From NCBI GenBank assembly GCA_036337435.1, contig JAYZEG010000058.1, positions 68,239-132,238 of the forward strand: DNA of 64,000 nucleotides. Reading direction: 5' to 3'. The notes under the pieces are model-generated. The model saw only the letters and a program-made list of their open reading frames with translations. It did not search any database and was not told the origin of the DNA. Source of the stretch: Myxococcota bacterium. GTDB taxonomy: Bacteria > Myxococcota_A > Bradymonadia > UBA7976 > UBA1532. Shown here piece after piece: positions 56,588-64,000 of the stretch (positions are counted from its first letter, which is position 1; every line of letters begins with the position of its first letter). The translations under genes were made by a program, and so were the position numbers.

Positions 56588-57304
56588 TTAACGTCCATCG
56601 AGACGTCTACGGTAGATGGCCGGTGCAAACCAAATGAAAGCAAGGCAGAGGATGATCACCGAGCCGATGAGCATTAGCATGTCTTTATGGTCGCTGAAGA
56701 CAGCCCCTGCCGATGGGTCGGGTAAGGGTCTAAGCGAATCATCGCCACCAGGGCTCGCCCAGGTCATTGACACGCCGTCATCGGATTCCAATTTGACCCC
56801 GAGCAGAATATTTTTTTGATCGTAGTCTAGACGAATCCCCAAGTCATCAAGACCAACAGTAAGGCCTTTGTTCGCAATGGCCTCGAGTAGGCCTGGTCTA
56901 AACTCCTTAAACTCTCGCCTAAAGGCATCGACATTTCCCTCACTAAACCAGCGCGTCATATTGTCATCACCGATTTTTGATACAAATGTCTTTGCCTGAG
57001 CTTCAACCACCTCTTTTAATCCAACGGCTCGATTGCGATGAGTGACTTCAAACCAAATTGGCAAAACCACCACACAGATGGTCAGCAAAACGATGCCAAC
57101 CGTTAACTTCATCTTAGTCCGTTCAAGCCACTCTAGGAAATGTGACCGCGTCCCCTGGTCTGCCATTGGCACGGTTGAGACCTGCCCAAGACGTTCGTCA
57201 TCCAAGATCGCGCGGGCTGCCAGACGAGTGTCGACGCTGAGGTGTTCAGAGACACGTGAGTTTTGTGGTGGTTTCGATGAGTGAGAGTGTCTGTCTTTGA
57301 CCAT
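56588..57304 (-). CDS. Hypothetical membrane protein (two TM helices)
   Basis: 238-aa ORF with hydrophobic segments LTVGIVLLTICVVVLPIW and MLIGSVIILCLAFIWF. Confidence 0.65.
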   Translation of the reverse strand: MVKDRHSHSSKPPQNSRVSEHLSVDTRLAARAILDDERLGQVSTVPMADQGTRSHFLEWLERTKMKLTVGIVLLTICVVVLPIWFEVTHRNRAVGLKEVVEAQAKTFVSKIGDDNMTRWFSEGNVDAFRREFKEFRPGLLEAIANKGLTVGLDDLGIRLDYDQKNILLGVKLESDDGVSMTWASPGGDDSLRPLPDPSAGAVFSDHKDMLMLIGSVIILCLAFIWFAPAIYRRRLDGR

Positions 57305-57379
57305 ATATTTTGCCTGTATTCAGCTTTCTCAATACTACCCATGTTCGAAAGATAATCGAAAGAAATTAACAACTGTTAT

Positions 57380-59230
57380 TCAAGCATCATCGTCGGGCTT
57401 TAAATGACGGAGAATCGTTTCTGCCAGGGCCGGGCTGAAGCCTTTCAGCTCGGAAATGGTTCGAGACGATGCAGCTTTAATCCCCTTCAGGCTGCCGAAA
57501 TGTCGCAATAGTATTTTTCGACGCCCTGGCCCTACACCTGGAATCTCATCCAAGGCACTCTTAAAGTTTCGGCCGATACGTCGCTTCCGGTGAAAGTTAA
57601 TGGCAAAGCGATGTGCCTCATCGCGGAGTTGGGTCATTAGAAAATACTCGTGCGTATTTGACCGAAGAATAATGGGTTCTCGGATGCCAGGAATAAATAC
57701 CCGCTCTGACGTTTTCAGGACGCCACCATCAGCGTCGTTGACGCCGTCGATAACGCGTGCCTTCGCAAGGGAAACAACATCCAGACCATCAATTTTAAGT
57801 TCCTCGAGTACCGAGCGGGCGACGTTGAGCTGCCCTTTTCCTCCATCAACAACGATTAACTGGGGTAAGTCAGCCTTGGCCAGGCCACTTTTGAGCCGCC
57901 GAGTAAGAACCTCCCGCATCATCCCATAATCATCAGTTCCTTCAACAGTCTTGATCTTGTATTGCCGATAGCGACTTCGCTTTGGTGAACCACCTTCGAA
58001 GGCTACGCACGAGGCAACGGGCTCCGTGCCCTGAAAGAGAGAAATATCAAAGCATTCAATTTGGTGAGGAACGTTAGTGAGCTTTAATTTTTCTTTAAGC
58101 CTCACTAAGCCGCCATCACGGGCCGAGAGATCGCGCCGGGCTTGAAAATAGGCATGTTCAGCGTTTTTGTTTGCTGTCTCTAATAATCTCTTATTCGCCC
58201 CCCTCTTGGGAAGCTTGAGCTGTACACGTCTGCCTTTTAATTCGGAGACGTACGCCTCGACCACATCCCGATTAGAAATAGATACCGGGAGCAGAACCTC
58301 ATCAGGCATCGCAGCTCCACTGTTATAGTAGAGGTTTACGAAGGTACTTAGCAGTTCCGAATCTGGAATTCCGTGCTCCACGAAATCAAAGGTTCTTGAG
58401 CCGACCATTTTGCCGCGGCGCACGAACAAAATGGAGACCTGCAATGAAGCCCCCTCTCGATAAATGCCGAAAACGTCTTGGTCTAACTGACGGATTTGAA
58501 CCATATTTTGATCTTCTAGACTCCCTCGAATCGCCCGAAGTTGGTCGCGGTATCGGGCCGCACTCTCGTACTCTAATGCCTGAGATGCTTGCTCCATTTT
58601 TTCCTTTAAACTGCGAACAAGCTCGTCTTCGCGCCCTTGAAGAAATCGAATAACGTCTTGAACATGGTTGTCATATTGCCGGTGGTCAACAGGCAGCACA
58701 CAAGGTCCAGGACATCGTTTAATTTGGTATTGAAGACAAGGACGTGCCCTATTTTTGAAGGTCAAATCATCACAGTTTCGTAAACCAAAGTGTTGTTCGA
58801 TGAGTTTTAATGTCTGCCTAATTTTACTCGCAGAATGATAGGGGCCAAAATATTGGGCTCCATCTTTTCGTGGGCTACGAACCACATCGATCTTTGGCCA
58901 CTTTGTGGACGCGTCTATCCGCAGGTGTAAGAAATTTTTATCGTCCTTCAGATTGACGTTGAACCTGGGCTGGTGCCGTTTGATGAGTTCATTTTCAAGA
59001 ATTAATGCTTCTTTTGCATTGGCTGTAATGATCAGGTCTATGTCGTTTAGGTACTCATCTAGCAGTGCGACAAAGAATCGTGTGTCACTGGTTTGACCGA
59101 AATACTGCTTGACCCGATTTCTGAGGTTATTGGCCTTTCCAACGTAGATGACCTCGCCGGACTGGTCTTTCATGATGTAGACACCCGGATCCTTTGGAAA
59201 GCGATCCAGATTGCTTCGATCAAATGACAT
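57380..59230 (-). CDS. uvrC: Excinuclease ABC subunit C
   Basis: PGVY..IYVGKA..L..RV..YF, ECFDIS, DDY, DGGKGQ, RDEAHRFA, HhH GVG. Confidence 0.96.
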   Translation of the reverse strand: MSFDRSNLDRFPKDPGVYIMKDQSGEVIYVGKANNLRNRVKQYFGQTSDTRFFVALLDEYLNDIDLIITANAKEALILENELIKRHQPRFNVNLKDDKNFLHLRIDASTKWPKIDVVRSPRKDGAQYFGPYHSASKIRQTLKLIEQHFGLRNCDDLTFKNRARPCLQYQIKRCPGPCVLPVDHRQYDNHVQDVIRFLQGREDELVRSLKEKMEQASQALEYESAARYRDQLRAIRGSLEDQNMVQIRQLDQDVFGIYREGASLQVSILFVRRGKMVGSRTFDFVEHGIPDSELLSTFVNLYYNSGAAMPDEVLLPVSISNRDVVEAYVSELKGRRVQLKLPKRGANKRLLETANKNAEHAYFQARRDLSARDGGLVRLKEKLKLTNVPHQIECFDISLFQGTEPVASCVAFEGGSPKRSRYRQYKIKTVEGTDDYGMMREVLTRRLKSGLAKADLPQLIVVDGGKGQLNVARSVLEELKIDGLDVVSLAKARVIDGVNDADGGVLKTSERVFIPGIREPIILRSNTHEYFLMTQLRDEAHRFAINFHRKRRIGRNFKSALDEIPGVGPGRRKILLRHFGSLKGIKAASSRTISELKGFSPALAETILRHLKPDDDA

Positions 59231-59232
59231 GC

Positions 59233-61236
59233 TCAGCCCACGACCAAGAGTAACTTTTGGAGTGCCTTCATTTCATCACGTAATCGTGCCGCCTCCTCAA
59301 ACTCATGCGCCTCCGCATGTGCGAGCATCTTAGATTTTGTTTCGGCGATCAGTCGTTGAACCTCGGCTGGTTCGTCTAAACCGTCCATTTTCAAATTCGC
59401 TGTCTGAAGGGATTCGCCGGAATCCGGCATCATGCCGCGCACGACTTCTTCGATGTCATCGATCTGCTTCCGGACCGTCCGTGGAACAATTCCATGTTCT
59501 TCATTGTGGGCTATCTGAATAGCTCGTCGACGCTCCGTCTCTTGCAGAGCCGCCTTCATCGAATCGGTCATTCGGTCTGCGTAGAGAATCACCCGACCTT
59601 CTGCATTTCGAGCTGCTCGGCCAATGGTTTGAATGAGAGACGTTCGGTTCCTCAGAAAGCCTTCCTTATCAGCATCCAAGATGGCGACGAGACCAACCTC
59701 CGGTAAATCGAGACCTTCCCTCAACAAATTGATACCGACAAGGATATCGAATTTACCGAGTCGAAGGTCTCGCAAGATTGCACTGCGTTCGATAGTGTCT
59801 ATGTCCGCGTGCAAGTATCGAACGGCGAGACCTAACCCCTGATAGTAGTCGGTCAGGTCCTCGGCCATTCTTTTCGTTAAAGTTGTGACGAGAACTCTAA
59901 ACGAACCAGATACCGCATCTCGAATTTCGCCGAGTAAGTCATCCACCTGGTCGGTCGCCGGGCGAACCTCGACTTCTGGATCGACGAGGCCTGTCGGCCT
60001 GATCAGCTGCTCGATAACAACGCCGTGGCTCTGCTCGAGTTCGTATTGGGCTGGTGTCGCTGAGACAAAGATCACCTGGTTCTGAGTCTCGACAAATTCG
60101 TCGAACTTCAACGGGCGATTATCGAGTGCTGAGGGCAACCTAAACCCATGTTCAACCAAACTACTCTTTCGAGACCTATCGCCACGATACATGCCGCCGA
60201 CTTGTGGAATTGAGACATGACTTTCGTCGACAAACAAAAGCCAATCCGATGGAAAATAATCGAGTAAGCATGGCGGCGGCTCACCTTCTGAGCGCCCGGT
60301 TAGATAGCGGGAATAGTTTTCAATCCCTGAACAATGTCCAATTTGCTCAATCTGCTCCAGATCGAATAGCGTTCTTTGCTCAAGGCGCTGAGCTTCCAGC
60401 AAGCGCTCATCCGCCTTTAACTCCTGGAGCCTTTCTCTGAGTTCATCCCGTATCAAGTGGGTTGCTTCTGCGAGTCGGTTCTGACCGACCACGTAATGGC
60501 TACCAGGGTAAACCGCGACCTTATCGAGTTTGTCAATGATCCGTCCGCGGAGCGGATCGATCGTATAAATGCCATCAACCTCGTCTCCGAAGAATTCAAT
60601 CCGAATCGCTTCAGTGTCTTCATGAACGGGAAAGACTTCTAATACATCTCCGCGAACACGGAAGACACCTCGATGAAAATCGTAGTCGTTTCTTGCGTAT
60701 TGAATCTCGACTAGTTTGGCCAGAACATCATCGCGGTCGATTTGTTGGCCATGTTCTAAAACCAGTAATTGGTCGTAATATGCTTCGGCACTACCAAGGC
60801 CATATATACAGCTGACACTCGCCACAATGATGACGTCTCGACGTTCCAGTAGGGCACGTGTCGCAGCATGCCGTAAACGATCAATTTCATCATTTATCTT
60901 CGCGTCTTTCTCGATATATGTATCGGTGGTCGGCACATAAGCTTCAGGCTGATAATAATCATAATAACTCACAAAATACTGGACCGAGTTATTGGGAAAC
61001 AAATGGCGCAATTCCCCATACAACTGGGCGGCCAAGGTCTTGTTATGGGCGAGGATCAGAGATGGACGCTGTGTCTCAGCGATAACGTTCGCCATGGTGA
61101 AGGTCTTACCAGACCCTGTGACACCCAATAAGACCTGAGACCGAGTCCCCCGATTAAGGCCTGTGACCAGCTGAGCAATGGCTTGCGGCTGATCACCGCT
61201 CGGCGAATGAGGGGAGACAAGGTCGAATGATTTCAT
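59233..61236 (-). CDS. uvrB: Excinuclease ABC subunit B
   Basis: [47 protein letters not shown]. Confidence 0.98.
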   Translation of the reverse strand: MKSFDLVSPHSPSGDQPQAIAQLVTGLNRGTRSQVLLGVTGSGKTFTMANVIAETQRPSLILAHNKTLAAQLYGELRHLFPNNSVQYFVSYYDYYQPEAYVPTTDTYIEKDAKINDEIDRLRHAATRALLERRDVIIVASVSCIYGLGSAEAYYDQLLVLEHGQQIDRDDVLAKLVEIQYARNDYDFHRGVFRVRGDVLEVFPVHEDTEAIRIEFFGDEVDGIYTIDPLRGRIIDKLDKVAVYPGSHYVVGQNRLAEATHLIRDELRERLQELKADERLLEAQRLEQRTLFDLEQIEQIGHCSGIENYSRYLTGRSEGEPPPCLLDYFPSDWLLFVDESHVSIPQVGGMYRGDRSRKSSLVEHGFRLPSALDNRPLKFDEFVETQNQVIFVSATPAQYELEQSHGVVIEQLIRPTGLVDPEVEVRPATDQVDDLLGEIRDAVSGSFRVLVTTLTKRMAEDLTDYYQGLGLAVRYLHADIDTIERSAILRDLRLGKFDILVGINLLREGLDLPEVGLVAILDADKEGFLRNRTSLIQTIGRAARNAEGRVILYADRMTDSMKAALQETERRRAIQIAHNEEHGIVPRTVRKQIDDIEEVVRGMMPDSGESLQTANLKMDGLDEPAEVQRLIAETKSKMLAHAEAHEFEEAARLRDEMKALQKLLLVVG

Positions 61237-62732
61237 TCAGCCTCGGTGGTCTCGGCATCGATAGACTCATCAATTGACCAGTCTGTTCCACCAGGACGGT
61301 CCATTAAAATGACGCCCAGGCTCTCTAGTTCGTCCCGAATTTGATCCGCCATGGCCCAGTCTCTTGCTGTGCGGGCTGCAATTCGTTTTGAAATTTGTCT
61401 TTCGATTAACTCGATGGAAATTCCTAATCGCATTGCCGCCTTTGTTCGGTGACGCAATAAGTACGCTCTCGGCTCTTCACCAAATAAGTTGAGAACGCTG
61501 TCCATGCTCCTGAGCTCGTCCAGGAGGCATTGAGCCGAAGCGACCGCAGCAGGCAACGCTGCTTTCTTTTTCACGGAGACATACTCGTTGAGATACCTAA
61601 ATAATTCGGAAATCAACTCCATGGCCTTCACGACGCTGAAGTCATCGTCCATCGCATCTCGGAATCGACCAGAAATGCCATCGATAAAGTCTTGATCTTT
61701 GGTCAAACTACCCATGGCGTCTGCGTTCACTTCGACAAAATCTTTCGCTTTTCTCAGCGACTCGTAAAAGTAGGCCATCCGTGCCGATGCTTCGTCCAAT
61801 AGGGTGTCGCAGAAGTTCATCGGGTTACGATAATGAGTCGCACACATCAAGAAATACCGCAGAACGAGTGGTTCGTACCGCTGCAAAATATCTCGCACAT
61901 TGAAGACGTTACCAATGGATTTAGACATCTTCTGCTGATCAATATTTATAAAACCATTGTGCATCCAATAGTTGACATAGCGGCAACCCGATGCAGCTTC
62001 AGACTGGGCAATTTCGTTTTCGTGATGAGGAAAAATGAGGTCACGTCCACCGCAATGAATATCGAACGTAGGACCCAAATGAGCCATGCTCATGGCTGAG
62101 CATTCGATGTGCCAGCCGGGCCGCCCTGGGCCCCATGGACTCGGCCAATTGATTTCACCGTCCTTAGTGGATTTCCACAGAGCAAAATCCATTGGGTTGC
62201 GCTTCCGGGTGTCGACGTCGACTCGGGCACCAGCCATCATGTCGTCCAGTGGACGCTTACTCAGGCATCCATAGTTTTCAAATTTGGCAACCTCAAAAAA
62301 GACATCCCCGTCAACTGAATACGCTAAACCACGGTCTTCAAGAGATTGAACGAGTGCGATGATGTCATCGATCGATGTGCTGACCCGAGGTTCGTGATCT
62401 GGACGGGCAATACAAAGCGCATCCATGTCTTCATAAAACGCCTGAATATTCTCTTCGGCGAGCTCCAATGGATCAACGTCTCGTTTTGCAGCCTCGTTGA
62501 TAATCTTGTCATCTACATCAGTAAAATTTCGAACGTAGGTGACATCAAATCCCCGATATTGGAAATACCGATAGACGACATCCCAGGCGACGTAACATCG
62601 GGCATGCCCAAGATGTGAAAGCGCGTAGGGCGTAATGCCACAGACGTACATTTTGACAGAGTTTTCTTCGATAGGAACGAATTCCCGCTTGGAGCCACTC
62701 AAGGAATCGTAAATTGTTACCGCCACAATCAT
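61233..62732 (-). CDS. cysS: Cysteine--tRNA ligase
   Basis: [37 protein letters not shown]. Confidence 0.97.
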   Translation of the reverse strand: MIVAVTIYDSLSGSKREFVPIEENSVKMYVCGITPYALSHLGHARCYVAWDVVYRYFQYRGFDVTYVRNFTDVDDKIINEAAKRDVDPLELAEENIQAFYEDMDALCIARPDHEPRVSTSIDDIIALVQSLEDRGLAYSVDGDVFFEVAKFENYGCLSKRPLDDMMAGARVDVDTRKRNPMDFALWKSTKDGEINWPSPWGPGRPGWHIECSAMSMAHLGPTFDIHCGGRDLIFPHHENEIAQSEAASGCRYVNYWMHNGFINIDQQKMSKSIGNVFNVRDILQRYEPLVLRYFLMCATHYRNPMNFCDTLLDEASARMAYFYESLRKAKDFVEVNADAMGSLTKDQDFIDGISGRFRDAMDDDFSVVKAMELISELFRYLNEYVSVKKKAALPAAVASAQCLLDELRSMDSVLNLFGEEPRAYLLRHRTKAAMRLGISIELIERQISKRIAARTARDWAMADQIRDELESLGVILMDRPGGTDWSIDESIDAETTEAE

Positions 62733-62929
62733 TCTCCCGAAATAAACGCGCTGATGTTCAATATAAAAGCCATTATACTAAACACAGACGGAAATATAGC
62801 CAATGATATTCTCGATATTGGACTGTTGAAAGCTTACCAAGGCATTTGGATCCATTGACCAAGCTACGCCTCCGTGTGAAACTTTATCGACCTTGTTAGA
62901 GAAAACCTCACATCGGAGTATTCAATTCT

Positions 62930-64000
62930 ATGATTCCGTGTCCTACATGCGAGTTCATAAATGAAGAAGGCACGGCTTTCTGTATCCAGTGCGGACATGA
63001 TTTCACGTCGACTCCAAATCCGATGAGTCCGGAACAGACAGAGGCTAAAGACGAAGCAGGCGCAAGGTCCGAAACAATACCTCAGACGGATTCTGAAGGG
63101 GCTGCGGCCGACGGTCCGGACGCAGGCCTGTCTGAAGAGGTCAATGAAGACGCCGATGATGCCAACCAATCAAACCGGACAAGCACAGATTCCGACCAGA
63201 ATCGGCCCAGCGACCCAATGGATTTAGCGGAGAGTCGTACCGGTAAAAACACAAATGCTGTGGCACCGGATGTCTCTGAGCCGATCAATGCTGGCTCAGC
63301 CCCGAACGACAGTGAGGGGAGCCAAGTTGACGTAAGAGCGAACTTGGATGTTGTTTTGAGTACCGAGGACGAAAAAGGCGACCAGATCGCCTATGATGCG
63401 GGCCCGGCCCCTGAGCCGGCAGAGGGACGTGAAGTCAGGTCTGATTCGGATAAATCGAGCCTGGTGAAACCCGAAATCGATGCTATCGAACCATCAGCTA
63501 ACGGGCCGGCTGACCAAGAATCGACTGCCCAAAAAACCGAAGACACAGTGAATGTGGACGCTGGACAACCTGCCCAAGAGGCAAATATGAGCAGGTCTGG
63601 AGCGCAGAAACACCAAAAGGACGACGGTGCTGCCGATTCAATGGCCGAGGGCGAATTCGTCTCGGCGATAGAACGTGAAACGATTGCCGACAATGAAAAC
63701 ATGAATCGCGATCCACTGGCGTCACTACCACCGCCACCTGCATCAAGTGCCGTCTCACCGCTTCAATTCGCTGATTCTGGTGAAGCTGCATTCGGTGAAC
63801 GTTGGTGGCTGAAGCCAAGTGCCGCGGTACCGGCCGCTGGTGATAAGATTGCGCAAACGGCCCCAATCGACGTCGTCGAGGACTTTCAGACAGAGGGAGA
63901 TGACCAAACCGACCCGAAGATAAATCGTCCGGCTCATATCCCTACGAGAGCTGCGGCTGAGATTGATCGTCGACGATTCGAGGAGTTACCAACTGTATCT
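62930..64000 (+). CDS. Zinc-ribbon protein with long acidic disordered region, 3'-truncated by window edge
   Basis: Not in ORF track. ATG 62930 after GGAG; MIPCPTCEFINEEGTAFCIQCGH; frame is open for 357 codons to the edge. Confidence 0.8.
   Translation, partial: MIPCPTCEFINEEGTAFCIQCGHDFTSTPNPMSPEQTEAKDEAGARSETIPQTDSEGAAADGPDAGLSEEVNEDADDANQSNRTSTDSDQNRPSDPMDLAESRTGKNTNAVAPDVSEPINAGSAPNDSEGSQVDVRANLDVVLSTEDEKGDQIAYDAGPAPEPAEGREVRSDSDKSSLVKPEIDAIEPSANGPADQESTAQKTEDTVNVDAGQPAQEANMSRSGAQKHQKDDGAADSMAEGEFVSAIERETIADNENMNRDPLASLPPPPASSAVSPLQFADSGEAAFGERWWLKPSAAVPAAGDKIAQTAPIDVVEDFQTEGDDQTDPKINRPAHIPTRAAAEIDRRRFEELPTVS

Noticed and set aside
56417-56677. 86-aa plus-strand ORF
   Set aside because: No recognisable motif or SD, and it overlaps the convergent membrane-protein gene by 90 bp.
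62733-62929. LexA box or full sigma70 promoter upstream of cysS-uvrB-uvrC
   Set aside because: A perfect minus-strand TATAAT is at 62772-62777, but the best -35 (TTGGCT) is 20 nt away and no convincing SOS-box match was seen.

Overview
Gene-dense (about 50 CDS, roughly 50% GC) chromosomal segment, most likely from a Myxococcota / deltaproteobacterial genome. That placement is inferred from a Pph1-like PP2C phosphatase, a PEGA/TPR protein, a tandem RdgC-like pair, a stand-alone GspE-N protein and a tandem ArsA-like ATPase pair. Content is mostly housekeeping: manC/pmm, RNase E, nucleoside phosphorylase, HIT, ttcA, moaB, xseAB-ispA-tlyA, thyA-folA, ruvX-mltG, gshB and cysS-uvrB-uvrC. It also carries two ECF sigma/anti-sigma pairs, a MoxR-vWA operon, glycosyltransferases and several lipoproteins. 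Two edge-truncated genes missing from the ORF track were recovered by hand (1-1054 minus, 62930-64000 plus). I found no CRISPR array, rRNA, tRNA, transposase, integrase or prophage. The most interesting signal is a possible RNA-decay module. It consists of a PP2C phosphatase, an FHA protein, an acidic disordered protein starting with an RNase E-type membrane-targeting helix, a multi-hairpin leader, an RNase E with a roughly 700-aa basic tail (histone-H1-like repeats, no obvious membrane helix), and a convergent Nudix/metallo-beta-lactamase fusion. A second signal is an unannotated minus-strand structured RNA at about 56457-56574. All calls are by eye; functional links are hypotheses.
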